Positions 9,148 through 19,921 of a DNA stretch of 52,284 nucleotides are shown in pieces (the first letter of the stretch is position 1; each line of letters opens with the position of its first letter). The notes beneath the pieces are model-generated. The model was given only the letters and a program-made list of their open reading frames with translations, did not search any database and was not told where the DNA came from. A program made the translations under genes and the position numbers. Origin of the DNA: Patescibacteria group bacterium (GTDB lineage: Bacteria; Patescibacteriota; Microgenomatia; UBA8517); assembly GCA_042571305.1 (NCBI GenBank), contig JBHPHS010000003.1:1-52284 (forward strand), in the 5' to 3' direction.

Positions 9148-10929
9148 TTATTTATCTTGATATGATTTGGGGTTCATTTGTGCCATTTCAGAAGGTTTGG
9201 TAGTAATTAGAGAATGCTCTTCTTGGGACGCCACAACTCTGATTGGTGCATGGTGTGGTCCTGCAAAAAATATTCCCTCACCAACGTTTGCCGCTAAAAG
9301 AAGTTGTTTTTCTCCTTGAGACAAATAAAAGACCTCGCCAATCCTGTCTATTGCAGCAGGAGACTGCTTCAGAAGTACCTGCAGAGCACTGTTTGTTACA
9401 ATTGCCTTGCCTATATCCTGGTTTAAGAAATCCTCCACATCCTGGGTTATGGTGGTTAGGCCTAGATAATACTTTCTTGCCCGCTTTACAACACTCCACA
9501 AAAACTGAGCAGTGTCTTCAAACTTCATCATTTGCCAAGCCTCATCAACAACAAGAAGTCTTCTTTTGATATTCTTTTTTACTCTGGTCCAGATGTAATC
9601 AAGAATAATAAACATAGCAATTGGTCTTAATTCATCCTGAAGATCCTTCACAGAAAAAACAGTAAATGGATTTGTTATATCAATGTTTGTTTGTTTGTCA
9701 AATATTCCAACGAAGGAACCCCTTACGAACTTTTCAATTCTTGCAGCCAAATCAAGAGCGTCTGGTACCTCCATTCCAATAAGTGTCTTGTATAAATCTT
9801 CCATTAAAGGAGGTTCTTTACTTTGGGTATCGGGATCCATGGTGATCCCTTTTGCTTTGTAGGTGGCAACAAAAGCTCTGTCAAGCAAAGCTTCCTGTGT
9901 TGGGGTAATTTTGCCCATAATAACCTTTAGAAGAGAATGGAGGGAAAGAATTTTAAGCCCTAGTTGATTTTCTCCCTCTTCCCTAACTTGGGCTAAATCA
10001 AATGGGTTTATTTTGGAAGAAGAGTTAAAAGAAAATGAAATATATTCTCCCCCCACTGCTTTGGTTAATTCGCCATACTCACTTTCCGGATCAATTACAA
10101 CAACCTCCGTTCCAACCATTAGTGACCTAAGAGATTCCAGTTTAACAAAGTAAGATTTTCCAGCACCAGATGTGGCAAATATTACCATGTTTGAATTCTC
10201 CAGGGTAAATCGGTCAAAGATAATAAAAGATTCGTTTTGGGAATTAATTCCGTATAGAACTCCTGTGTCGCTTGAGAGTTCAGTTGAGGTTAAAGGAAAA
10301 GTTGTGGCAACACTTGTTGTATCCATATTGCGGGTGATGGATAGCTCATCCCTTCCAAAAGGGGCGGTTGAGAGAAACCCTTTATCCATATCAAGGGTTG
10401 CGTGTTTGCTGACAACAAGTAAAGATCCTAGGGTTGACTCTACCTGACGGGTGATTTGATTAAGCTCATCAACTGAGTTTGCAGGAATGGTGACATAGCA
10501 GGAAAATTCGTAAAAGCGCTCAATTCCTTTAACAAGCTGCTCTTGTAAGGACTTGGCGTCTTCAAGTTTTGCTTGGGTTGAAGCATTAACGATTCTTCCT
10601 CGCTGGAGGTCTGTTGAAATCTCAGCCTCCATCTCAGCAATCTTTCTTCTTAAATCGTCAAGTACGGTTTTACCCTCAACCGGATATATATAAAAGGCTA
10701 TATCCAAAGAACTATCAAAATTAACAACCGGTTCAAGCCAACCTGCAGTAACAAATCTGGGATATCCTCCGACAAAAAGAGTTCTGAAATAAACATCATT
10801 AATCTTTACATGGTCAAAATCAATCTCGATGGACTTTGGAGAAATTGCATCCAAAATACTCACACCTTCCTGTGTTACCGAAAGTACTGGATTTACTATT
10901 TTTGGTTTTTCTTCCTGTTTATCATCCAT
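9148..10929 (-). CDS. virB4: VirB4/TraC-family type IV secretion ATPase
   Basis: Walker A ATSGAGKS, IDPESEY, Walker B LLVVDEAW, RARKY, TQDVEDF. Start moved to ATG 10929 (MDDKQEE) to avoid overlap with the upstream gene. Confidence 0.9.
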   Translation of the reverse strand: MDDKQEEKPKIVNPVLSVTQEGVSILDAISPKSIEIDFDHVKINDVYFRTLFVGGYPRFVTAGWLEPVVNFDSSLDIAFYIYPVEGKTVLDDLRRKIAEMEAEISTDLQRGRIVNASTQAKLEDAKSLQEQLVKGIERFYEFSCYVTIPANSVDELNQITRQVESTLGSLLVVSKHATLDMDKGFLSTAPFGRDELSITRNMDTTSVATTFPLTSTELSSDTGVLYGINSQNESFIIFDRFTLENSNMVIFATSGAGKSYFVKLESLRSLMVGTEVVVIDPESEYGELTKAVGGEYISFSFNSSSKINPFDLAQVREEGENQLGLKILSLHSLLKVIMGKITPTQEALLDRAFVATYKAKGITMDPDTQSKEPPLMEDLYKTLIGMEVPDALDLAARIEKFVRGSFVGIFDKQTNIDITNPFTVFSVKDLQDELRPIAMFIILDYIWTRVKKNIKRRLLVVDEAWQMMKFEDTAQFLWSVVKRARKYYLGLTTITQDVEDFLNQDIGKAIVTNSALQVLLKQSPAAIDRIGEVFYLSQGEKQLLLAANVGEGIFFAGPHHAPIRVVASQEEHSLITTKPSEMAQMNPKSYQDK

Positions 10930-10930
10930 T

Positions 10931-11629
10931 TTATTTTTTTGGCTTTTCAACCACAGCCTCAGGTTCTTTTTTGACTGCGGGTTTGCCTGGGTTGTAAATT
11001 TCATAAAAAAGGGTAATAAGTTCGTTTGTATTAAGCTGTTTTAACTTAATGCCCAACCGTCTGGCTTGCCTTATAAGGTGATCCCGTCTTGGGTAAAGAA
11101 TAATTTTTACTTTTTTAATTACATATGATTTCGGATAAGGTAAAGCCACTCCTTTTCTGGTTAAGGCAGCAATTGATTTACCAACTCCAAGCTCAAGTGC
11201 TGAAAAAGGTAGCACAACAAAAAATCTTTTCCCCAACACATTTTTCTTTTTGACACTTTCCAGAATGAAGTTTTTATACCCCTGCATCATTTTTGAAAGA
11301 AGTGGGTTGGTAATCTTATTTTGTGCGTTAGATAAATAATTAATAAAAGTTGTAATATCTTTTCGTTGTGTCCTTGTGACAATTTGTACAGAGAAAGAAA
11401 GGGAATTAATCATGGCCGCATAAGCTGCGATTACCGCTTCTCTTTCCTTTTCGGAGAGAAGCCCAAAATTAAGAGAGGTTGATTCCATAATAAGTGCAGC
11501 ACCACCGTCTTTATAAATAACAACATCATTTGATATATCAGCTATGGGGATGTGTTTTTGGGTAGCTGCGGTTAGGGGTTTGTCCGGCAAACTTAGATAG
11601 GGAACTTTGATGGTTTTAGGCAGATTCAT
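10931..11629 (-). CDS. T4SS-associated protein resembling the VirB4/TraC N-terminal region
   Basis: TQKHIPIADI, SLNFGLLSEKEREAVI..Y...INSLSFSVQI; between the PrgI-like gene and virB4. Confidence 0.6.
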   Translation of the reverse strand: MNLPKTIKVPYLSLPDKPLTAATQKHIPIADISNDVVIYKDGGAALIMESTSLNFGLLSEKEREAVIAAYAAMINSLSFSVQIVTRTQRKDITTFINYLSNAQNKITNPLLSKMMQGYKNFILESVKKKNVLGKRFFVVLPFSALELGVGKSIAALTRKGVALPYPKSYVIKKVKIILYPRRDHLIRQARRLGIKLKQLNTNELITLFYEIYNPGKPAVKKEPEAVVEKPKK

Positions 11630-11630
11630 T

Positions 11631-12635
11631 TTAGTTAGACAGCTTCTTTCCTTGAATAAGGATTGGCGGAATTATACTTCCATTGGCTTCAAAAGACACA
11701 GAACCAAATTCATGTCCTTCTTTTTCAGTTGATATCTCGTACTTTCCATTCTCCAAAGGTGTAACAATAATGAAGTGTCCCAGGCGGTTACTTTTTAAGG
11801 CTCTTACGGGCCTACCTGCTGAATCACTTATTTCCATTATTGCTCCCTCGACAATCCTTTTTTGATTATCAATAACCTGACCAACTATCACATTGGGTGA
11901 AGTGGGTGGATTTGGAGGAGCAGCTTCAGGAGAAAATTGTGCAGCTCGGGTTGATACAAGTTCACTTCCAGCAATGGTGGGGGTTACCTTGCTAAATTGC
12001 ATCTGAGGACTTTGTGTTTTTTGTTCTTCAACTACCAAACCAGGTTTAACATTTACACCCACCTTAACGGGTTGAGGCTGAGGGATTTTGACACCTTGTT
12101 GTTGAGGCGTAGCTTGCGGTTGGGGTTGGGATTCAACTGATTGGGTTACAATTTTTCCTTGACCCATTGGCATACTCACCGAAAAAAGTCCAGAAAGACG
12201 TGCAAGAACGCCCTCTTCTGCCCTCTCAAGCTTTTCCCAGAGAGCGCTTTTAGGGGTAGCCGCATATTTTTTCAATTCTTCCTCCTCCTGGGGTGTGATC
12301 TTTGCCTCCTGAACAGCTGTTTCATCTTGGAAAAATTTGTTAATCTGTGGATTTTTTTTCCAGTAATACAAAGTGGGGGAGTAAACTGCACGAAAGAATG
12401 CAAATATCCACTGCTCCAAAGGACGCTCCTCAAGAGGTAAGAAAGCAAGACCAACTCCCAAAAGAACTGAAATGAAAATAAAGGGCCATTTAACAATTCC
12501 AATTATTGGTGTGGAGTAAATAATAAGCCCAATAACGATTCCTCCAGCAACTTCAAAAAACTGCTTTAAAGTCATATCACCCACCAATCTGAATTGGTAA
12601 GAACTAATCTGTTGTGGTATAGGATGTTGTTCCAC
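11631..12635 (-). CDS. PrgI-family (VirB3-like) membrane protein with C-terminal beta-sandwich domain
   Basis: QHPIPQQISSYQFRLVGDMTLKQF, two TMs, ERPLEQW; likely GTG start at 12635. Confidence 0.75.
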   Translation of the reverse strand: MEQHPIPQQISSYQFRLVGDMTLKQFFEVAGGIVIGLIIYSTPIIGIVKWPFIFISVLLGVGLAFLPLEERPLEQWIFAFFRAVYSPTLYYWKKNPQINKFFQDETAVQEAKITPQEEEELKKYAATPKSALWEKLERAEEGVLARLSGLFSVSMPMGQGKIVTQSVESQPQPQATPQQQGVKIPQPQPVKVGVNVKPGLVVEEQKTQSPQMQFSKVTPTIAGSELVSTRAAQFSPEAAPPNPPTSPNVIVGQVIDNQKRIVEGAIMEISDSAGRPVRALKSNRLGHFIIVTPLENGKYEISTEKEGHEFGSVSFEANGSIIPPILIQGKKLSN

Positions 12636-12735
12636 TATATTTAAGCCTATATCGTGAAGAAGTTGATGCAAGTATTATACTTTTTCACAACAGACTAGCT
12701 TGGAATAATTTCTGTTTAATGATAAAATTCTATGT

Positions 12736-15159
12736 ATGCCCGACGGTATGTCACCAGAAAAACCACAACCACAAAGATCTTCTGTTGAAGGATTTATTAA
12801 AGCTGGTCCAAGCGAAGAGCAGATGAAAAACTGGCAAGGCCCGGGAAAGAAAGCAGAACTTCCAGATTTAAGAGGGCAGGTCCCGGGGAAAAACGTGGAC
12901 AATGAAGCGCTTAATCGACTTGTAGAACGGTTTCAAAGTGAATTGGCTGGTGCGAGAAGAGATGAAACGGGGTCAGCCTTTATTCAGTTGACTGACTTTT
13001 TAGAAAAAGAAAAGCTTCCCGACCCTGAAGCTCTAAAAAAACTATATCGAGAACACACAGTTGATACAATGGCCACTCTTGTTCATGATTTAAACGAGAC
13101 GCGTCTTCGAGTAGTTCCGGAACAATACGGATTAATGAGGCATGGAGGCAACTTGGCTTATATGACTTCAAGGCTTGAGTCATCAATGTCTGGATATGAC
13201 AATTTCTCTGAAATGGGCAAAGTTGAGAATTTAGGAAAAGTCTTAAACAGAGACATGGTCCGCTTTAAGGCCATAGAAGTGATGGCAGAACACGCCTCTG
13301 TTTTTCAACAGTTTTATTACGATGGTATGTATATCTATGCGGCTTTGGTTACAGGGAGAAGAATTAAAGTATTGGCTACTGATGATTTTAGACTTATGTT
13401 TGGGAAACTAAAGGGGCTAGATGTGCGAGAAGACTCCTCCATGCCTGAGGAAATCGGAGAAGGTTCTGGAGAGTTATTAAAAAAAATGATGGCGGAACAC
13501 GTCCATTTTGATATGGCGATAGCCGAACTTAATAGGTTTAATCCCGAAAAGGATGCTGGTGAGGAGACAGATATGAAGATATCAGAAGTTGAGAGGGACT
13601 TTTTGGGAACCATATTTAAGAAAGAAAGCGGAAAAAACAAGACAGAAAGGATAACAGTAAATGGTAAAACGTTTGATACACCCCTTCTTTCGTTTTACAC
13701 AACAGCCGAGACCGAAAGTGACAGAAAGGATTATGAAACACGAATGAGATCTTTGTTGATTAATGATGCACACAACACACTTTCAGGTCTTTCCGGCAGT
13801 ATTGATAGTCTAACGGTAGAACAGGACCGTTTGTACAAAGACTTGATATTTCGTGTTAACGAGACCGCAGTAACTCTCAAGGGTGGATGGGATGGTTTGG
13901 TAAGCGATCCTCGTACAAGACTGGCTAGATGGGTAAGTGATATTTCGTTTTGTTTTAACGTGGCGACACTAAACATTAATCAATTGGCATATAACTTTGA
14001 GTGGGAGAAGGGTGATGATGGAAATTGGGATTTTAAACCATCTATAGCAGGACCAAATACGGGTTTTGACGCGGTGAATATTTGGCTTCATTTACAGCAC
14101 GAGGTTGAATACATGCTTAAAGCAAGAGTAAGGACACCCTTGCTTGCCCCCGTTGCACAGGATCGTGCGTGGGAGTTGATAAAAAAGGTTGTTGTTGAAA
14201 AGGACGACCCATCTATTAAAAAAACAATATTAAACAATAGAGGGTTGTCTTTGGGGGCTGCAATTTTGGGTTTATATGGGAACGAAACAAAAATTTCACC
14301 TTCTGATCAAGAAAATATTGAAAATGTTAGAGCCGGCATGACTTTTAACGAAAAGGCTCTAAAAATATTGGAAAAAACAATTTTTGGTTTTCCTGTGTGG
14401 GTTGATGGAAAGGTACTACCGATGCCAATTAGGCCGATGTTTAGCGGAATTAACCTTCTTAATACTATGGTGGTTGACAAGGGTGAAGGAAAGACCGTTT
14501 TGGGCGCACTGAAAGAGGGAAAGCTTTTAAGTGATGAGGCAATCAATTTTGAGGATTTTGAACCCTATGCTGCAGATAAATGGCAGGTAGATTTGAAAAT
14601 GCTTAGCGATATTATGAAATATATTTACGGACAACCAGACAAAGATACCTTTGCTCTTTTTCAAGGCAACCCCGCAGAAGCAATAGGAACATTAATTAAA
14701 AAGTTAGATATTGGAAGCAGAACAGAAAAACTATGGCTTGATATAGAAGAAGAAAATGAAAAAGGAGAAGCGGTGACGGTCAAAACTGAAGTTCCTCAGC
14801 AATTCTATGAAATAGTATATACTGCCTATATGATTGTTGCACATCTGGCTTTTGTTGAGCACGGAATTTGGGATGGTAACGGCAGATGGACCGGACCAAA
14901 AGATACCTTTTGGAACGGAATTCCTGGCAAAAAACAGGGAGTGGCTGATTGGATTAAAGCAGCTTATGCAACGTTGCCAGAAACAAAAAGAGGCTTTGAT
15001 CACTATAGGGATAGTATGGTTTTAATGATCTGTACTTTAGCTCAATGGGTTGGATCGATTGCCCCTGACGCAGAGAAGATGTCCACTAAAACCGACGAGA
15101 AAGTTAAGAAACCATATGGTGGTATTGTAGATGGTTTGAAAAATCTTAGAATGACCTAG
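12736..15159 (+). CDS. Large soluble hypothetical protein (807 aa)
   Basis: Long ORF, no family motif, signal peptide or TM recognised; opposite strand to the surrounding locus. Confidence 0.8.
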   Translation: MPDGMSPEKPQPQRSSVEGFIKAGPSEEQMKNWQGPGKKAELPDLRGQVPGKNVDNEALNRLVERFQSELAGARRDETGSAFIQLTDFLEKEKLPDPEALKKLYREHTVDTMATLVHDLNETRLRVVPEQYGLMRHGGNLAYMTSRLESSMSGYDNFSEMGKVENLGKVLNRDMVRFKAIEVMAEHASVFQQFYYDGMYIYAALVTGRRIKVLATDDFRLMFGKLKGLDVREDSSMPEEIGEGSGELLKKMMAEHVHFDMAIAELNRFNPEKDAGEETDMKISEVERDFLGTIFKKESGKNKTERITVNGKTFDTPLLSFYTTAETESDRKDYETRMRSLLINDAHNTLSGLSGSIDSLTVEQDRLYKDLIFRVNETAVTLKGGWDGLVSDPRTRLARWVSDISFCFNVATLNINQLAYNFEWEKGDDGNWDFKPSIAGPNTGFDAVNIWLHLQHEVEYMLKARVRTPLLAPVAQDRAWELIKKVVVEKDDPSIKKTILNNRGLSLGAAILGLYGNETKISPSDQENIENVRAGMTFNEKALKILEKTIFGFPVWVDGKVLPMPIRPMFSGINLLNTMVVDKGEGKTVLGALKEGKLLSDEAINFEDFEPYAADKWQVDLKMLSDIMKYIYGQPDKDTFALFQGNPAEAIGTLIKKLDIGSRTEKLWLDIEEENEKGEAVTVKTEVPQQFYEIVYTAYMIVAHLAFVEHGIWDGNGRWTGPKDTFWNGIPGKKQGVADWIKAAYATLPETKRGFDHYRDSMVLMICTLAQWVGSIAPDAEKMSTKTDEKVKKPYGGIVDGLKNLRMT

Positions 15160-15195
15160 GAGTGTAAAGACCCAACCCCAATTTGCTGCCTAGTT

Positions 15196-16908
15196 TTATT
15201 GTGTATTCGTTGTTTTTCCTTGCATTGAACCAGACATATCTTCCAATTCATCTCTTGACGGAACTCCCAAACGTTGACCAAGCCTGGTTCCCCCAAACCA
15301 TCCAACAGTGGCCCGAACAGGTCTTGAGTTGAGTACGGAGGCCCCTGATCTATATCCAGCATATTCGCCTATAGCCCTACCAGCAGGGGTTCCCCTTGCC
15401 CAATTATATGGAGCCATTGCTTCATTAATTGCATCTCCATATGTAAACCTTTCTCCCATAATTGCTGCTTTTACTATATTAACTACTTTCGGTAGTGCGA
15501 TTATTATACCAAAGCTCATCAATAAAAGTATAAATCCGCTTAGGCTTTCACCAAAACCAATTATTGATGGTACCCAAATAACATCAACTAATTGAGTGTT
15601 TGCTCCAAAAAGACCCATGACTTCATTAATAATATCGGCAAAAATACTTTTCGACGCCAGTATTTTGAGATTGAATCCGTATGATGTCCACATTAGCTTC
15701 CATGCCAAAAATAAAAACAAACCCGTTAAGGGAAAAACAGAAAGTTCCGCTGCCATTTTCTTAAGCCACGTCCCGAAACCTATCTGTGGAACCAACGCCC
15801 CAAGAACAATTTGAATAGGAGCAATTATGATGGAGAAATAAACACTTATTAAGTTTTTGATTAGCACCCAAGATATTTTAAAGGTATACCAAATCGATAG
15901 AACCAATAGCCAAACTACCACAAGTAATCCTGCGACAGAGATTAGAGTCCCGAAAATAATAAGTGGTCCACTAAAGGTTGAAAAGGTTGCAATGAATGAC
16001 CACAAAAGACCTATTAAGAAAAAAATATCATATACCAACAAGTTTGTTAGGATATAAAAGCCATAGTCGTTTTGAGGGAATATTCCTTCATATGCGGCGG
16101 GTGCACTGCTGGCAATTCCCGCAACGCTTAGCATTGAGGCCAAAAGACCGCCGAAGACATACATTAAATCAATCAAAAAACCAGCAATAGCGTATGAGAA
16201 AGTTGCTAATATAAGGGCAATTATTACCTTTGGAAGAGCTGACTGAACAGTAATTATGGTTTGCGGAGTAATTTTGACTTTAAACATAATCATAAAAGCA
16301 AAAACAATAACAACCAGAACGATAATTGAGTAGGCAACATTTCTAACACCCGTCCAATATATTTGTATAGGGTTTAGCGCACCGTAACCGAATCCTTGAG
16401 CTTTTACCTCGCTAACGGGGTTAAATTTTGACAATAATTCTGATGTATATACTATTCCAGATATGGGTCTGTTTTGAGTATTAAACATTAGCTCAGCTAA
16501 ATTGCTTGAGTTTGTAGATTCAGCAAGTGTAGGAGTAATAAAATCTATAAATTTGTTGAAAAGCCCTACCACCGCAGAAGTACATTCACTTCCATCTATT
16601 GTGTTTTGACCAATATATTTCATCATACAACCGACCGCCTGTTGGTTATCTCTCCCCAAAATATTAATGGGAAGAGAAAGAAGACTCCAGACCACCCATT
16701 GGACTTGAGCTGCTGTGTAGCGTTCACCGAAAATTTCAGTTGGTGGAGAGATGGTCTCGTCAAAAACTTTTGGATACCATTCTGAAAACGGTATGTTATA
16801 CCAGGTCGACTCTTGTGCTTGGACGTAAGAAAAGTTGGGAACAACAGAAAATAGAACAATTAAAGCTGATAATAATGAAAGGGTTAGTTTTTTAAAAATG
16901 ATGGGCAT
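15196..16908 (-). CDS. VirB6/TrbL-like polytopic membrane protein
   Basis: W..VRNVAY, LPKVIIALILATFSYAIAGFLID, IIIAPIQI..G.L.P..GFGTWLK; many TMs; T4SS context. Confidence 0.65.
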   Translation of the reverse strand: MPIIFKKLTLSLLSALIVLFSVVPNFSYVQAQESTWYNIPFSEWYPKVFDETISPPTEIFGERYTAAQVQWVVWSLLSLPINILGRDNQQAVGCMMKYIGQNTIDGSECTSAVVGLFNKFIDFITPTLAESTNSSNLAELMFNTQNRPISGIVYTSELLSKFNPVSEVKAQGFGYGALNPIQIYWTGVRNVAYSIIVLVVIVFAFMIMFKVKITPQTIITVQSALPKVIIALILATFSYAIAGFLIDLMYVFGGLLASMLSVAGIASSAPAAYEGIFPQNDYGFYILTNLLVYDIFFLIGLLWSFIATFSTFSGPLIIFGTLISVAGLLVVVWLLVLSIWYTFKISWVLIKNLISVYFSIIIAPIQIVLGALVPQIGFGTWLKKMAAELSVFPLTGLFLFLAWKLMWTSYGFNLKILASKSIFADIINEVMGLFGANTQLVDVIWVPSIIGFGESLSGFILLLMSFGIIIALPKVVNIVKAAIMGERFTYGDAINEAMAPYNWARGTPAGRAIGEYAGYRSGASVLNSRPVRATVGWFGGTRLGQRLGVPSRDELEDMSGSMQGKTTNTQ

Positions 16909-17037
16909 TAAGTTATTCTAAACGTTGGTAGAAAAAAATCAAATAGCCTTTGTTGTACTGGGTATATTGAAGGAAAGTTCACAACTGTCTGCAAGCTTAG
17001 ATCAGCTTTTGTAATATTTGTTTCCGAATATAAATTT

Positions 17038-17526
17038 CTATTCACAAAAGCTTAGTTTGAAGTATTTACCCGCTTCTTCGCTGTTTGCAAAACGCGGAGT
17101 TACTACATTTGAGTTTAGTTTGCACGCATCCTCTTCACTTATGTCAAGTAGTTTTAAGAATTCTTTCTCAGCTTGCAGTCTAATTTCTTGGAAAGGGGAT
17201 TTGAGAATTGTGATTAAGAAGTGTTTTTCATTAGGAAAGAAGTAAATAGAGTATTCTTCTTTTCCAAATAGAAGCATATCTCCCGCCTCGTCAATTTTTG
17301 AAGCCGTCTTGTAGAAATCTCTCATTTTTACCCCTGAAACAGTAGTGGATGAGGTATCTTCTTGTTTGGTTAATGGAGTCGAAGGTGGGGGGGTGAATTG
17401 GGGTAAGTTGCTCTCGTTGGGTTGGATAGAATCAGAAACGGCTTTTTTTCTGTTTTTGATTAAAAAGAAAACCAACAAAATAATTACTAAGAATATTAGA
17501 AATATTATTAGCCTTTTTTTATTCAT
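17038..17526 (-). CDS. Membrane-anchored hypothetical protein
   Basis: N-terminal TM, Pro/Ser/Thr linker, two C-terminal Cys. Confidence 0.7.
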   Translation of the reverse strand: MNKKRLIIFLIFLVIILLVFFLIKNRKKAVSDSIQPNESNLPQFTPPPSTPLTKQEDTSSTTVSGVKMRDFYKTASKIDEAGDMLLFGKEEYSIYFFPNEKHFLITILKSPFQEIRLQAEKEFLKLLDISEEDACKLNSNVVTPRFANSEEAGKYFKLSFCE

Positions 17527-17530
17527 GGTT

Positions 17531-19921
17531 TTATTCTACACCACCTCCACACCACGACCAGTCAAAATTATCTCCGGAATAAACTCCTGTGGAACCGTCA
17601 AGTGTATAGTTAGGATTTCCCCAAACAAGAAGATTTATTTGAAACAAGCCCACACTATAGTCGACCGAGACGTTATCAAGACACGCGAAACCTTCCGCGT
17701 CTGGGGTACCACCGCTTTCCTGCAAACATATCATTGAGGCAATTCTAGCTTTGTTCCAATTCCCCTCAAAATAATTTACTAGGTTTGACACTTGGCACGG
17801 CCCCGACACCGCAACGGGACAGTTTCCGGGTGTGCCGTCGCTAGTTACACACCTAGCTGAAGCTATTTTCCACGCATCCCAGTTGGTTCCATTTTTTGAA
17901 AACTCAACCATTTTGTTGATGTTGTTTTCGGGATTTTTGTAATATTCTACAAGCTTTGCTACCGCCTCAGGATTCTTCACCACGCACATCTGACACCCGG
18001 CGTTGGGGTCTGAACCATCTTCGTCTGGGGATTCTCCTTCGACTTTTTCTGTTACACCCTCTCTACTTGTTGCTTTGTTACCTGAAGTATCAAGTGAGGA
18101 GCTAAAACTTATCGGTTCTCCAAAACCCTTTGGCCTAAGCATTGTCTGGATTCCTTTTAAGAAATATTCCTGAATTCCCCCAAGATGAGAAAAGTAAATT
18201 TCAGCATTGGGGTTTGTAACTGCAACACCACCACCTTTGTCTGTTGGTGAAGCTCTTTGTGAGTCATATATAACAGGCGTTACGGCTGGTATGTCATATA
18301 AATATCCCAAACCACTTAATCTTAAGTTGGGAAATATTCTTTTAAAAGCAGAAGCATTGCCCGCTACCAACTTTTTCCATATGTCTCCCGCAAGCGGTGT
18401 TCCTGTGTCTATTTTTGAAAGGAAGCGTGCTGTTTTCTCACACATCTCTGGACTGTATATCTCCCTTGTATTGCAGTCACCTTTGTAAGTACCTGTTTCG
18501 GGATCATAATAAGTGCCTGTACAAACCTCCTCTGTTCTTAGTTGAAAGGTGCAAGTGAAAGTTGCCTGGTATGTAAAAGTTCCGACGGTATTGTCACCAA
18601 AGAGTTTGTCTCCCGGGTTTGATCTTACATTTAGAATTTTGCATTCACTTGTTTTATCTACCGGTTGTGTTACACCAATAGCCTGATCTTGTATGAGATC
18701 CTTTGGAAGATACGAAGTTTGTAATAGACTTGAAAGTTGTGAGTTTTCCTCCATGTGTGCAAAATAAAGCTTTGAGTTCATAGACTCAACATTTTTACCA
18801 AAATATTCAAAAACAGCATTTCCACTATCTACTTCTACATCTCCATCAACATAAACTGGTTTGTGGATCTTAAGAACTCCAATTCTATCTTCGGTTGACG
18901 AGAGAGGAACGTATGGAAATAAGTTGGAATAAAAATCTGGTTTTAATGGGTTGTTGTAGCAAATATAAATTATCTTTCCCCCTATAACTGGGATGGTTTC
19001 TGGTATTCCTACTTCAACACATGTATCTCCCAACCAGCTTTTATATTCTTTATAAAAATCACTATAGTTGTCAAAGTTTTCTTCTTTTGGCGGCAATCTT
19101 CCTTCGTTGTTCCACTCACTTAATTTTAGTGGTGATCCAGTTGGACACTGTATTGGAAAACCACCGATTTGAATTTTTCCAAAACCACTGGTTTTGCCAG
19201 TTAGAAAACTGATTATATCGCCGATGGTACTTAGCAATGGGACATCAAACGTTGCACGCAAAACACAAACCACAGTCTGATCATGCCTGAGAGTTGGTTG
19301 TATAACACCGCCCAATAAAAGGTTATCACCGGATTCCAATTTACCTGTAACTTGTATCTCTCTCGCATCATTTTGTATTCTTAGAGGCAAAAGCTTTCTA
19401 ATGGGACCGGAGAAATTCACTATTTTTCCAAGATCCTCCAGCTCTCTTAAACTAAGAGGGGGTTCTTCTGCTCTGTAAACAACACCATTTAAATACCAAC
19501 TTAAATAGTCATTAACCCTTTGTGCGCTACTTAGTTCATTGTCTTTAGAGTCGTTATTAGGAACCATTTCAGTGTTGCCTGCGATAGGTAATTCAGACTG
19601 AGAAGCATCAACGGAAACCGTAAAACTTCTGTCTATACCTTCATATTTGCAGGTATAGGTATCACCATCTTGTTCACACTTAGAAAAATCGCTTCCTTTA
19701 TTGTTAACCTCAATATTATCAACAATAATTACATCATTGCCGCAGATCATAGAAAGTTCTTCTGCCTTTTCATTGCAGGGGTTGGCTGGAAAAGGACGAA
19801 GTGAATGAAATTCAGGATCAGGAGACATTTTACACACTGCAGAAACAGTCTTGGTTGAAAGAAGAAAAGCAGAAATTAAGATTAAGAAAGTAATTAGTAG
19901 TTTGGACAGGAGCTTTGTCAT
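17531..19921 (-). CDS. Secreted Cys-rich protein with C-terminal lytic transglycosylase (SLT)-like motifs
   Basis: Signal peptide; ICLQESGG (catalytic ES) and SVGLFQINL motifs near the C-terminus. Confidence 0.6.
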   Translation of the reverse strand: MTKLLSKLLITFLILISAFLLSTKTVSAVCKMSPDPEFHSLRPFPANPCNEKAEELSMICGNDVIIVDNIEVNNKGSDFSKCEQDGDTYTCKYEGIDRSFTVSVDASQSELPIAGNTEMVPNNDSKDNELSSAQRVNDYLSWYLNGVVYRAEEPPLSLRELEDLGKIVNFSGPIRKLLPLRIQNDAREIQVTGKLESGDNLLLGGVIQPTLRHDQTVVCVLRATFDVPLLSTIGDIISFLTGKTSGFGKIQIGGFPIQCPTGSPLKLSEWNNEGRLPPKEENFDNYSDFYKEYKSWLGDTCVEVGIPETIPVIGGKIIYICYNNPLKPDFYSNLFPYVPLSSTEDRIGVLKIHKPVYVDGDVEVDSGNAVFEYFGKNVESMNSKLYFAHMEENSQLSSLLQTSYLPKDLIQDQAIGVTQPVDKTSECKILNVRSNPGDKLFGDNTVGTFTYQATFTCTFQLRTEEVCTGTYYDPETGTYKGDCNTREIYSPEMCEKTARFLSKIDTGTPLAGDIWKKLVAGNASAFKRIFPNLRLSGLGYLYDIPAVTPVIYDSQRASPTDKGGGVAVTNPNAEIYFSHLGGIQEYFLKGIQTMLRPKGFGEPISFSSSLDTSGNKATSREGVTEKVEGESPDEDGSDPNAGCQMCVVKNPEAVAKLVEYYKNPENNINKMVEFSKNGTNWDAWKIASARCVTSDGTPGNCPVAVSGPCQVSNLVNYFEGNWNKARIASMICLQESGGTPDAEGFACLDNVSVDYSVGLFQINLLVWGNPNYTLDGSTGVYSGDNFDWSWCGGGVE

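Noticed and set aside
10930-11004. N-terminal 25 aa of the 618-aa VirB4 call
   Set aside because: Overlaps the upstream gene; ATG at 10929 gives normal translational coupling.
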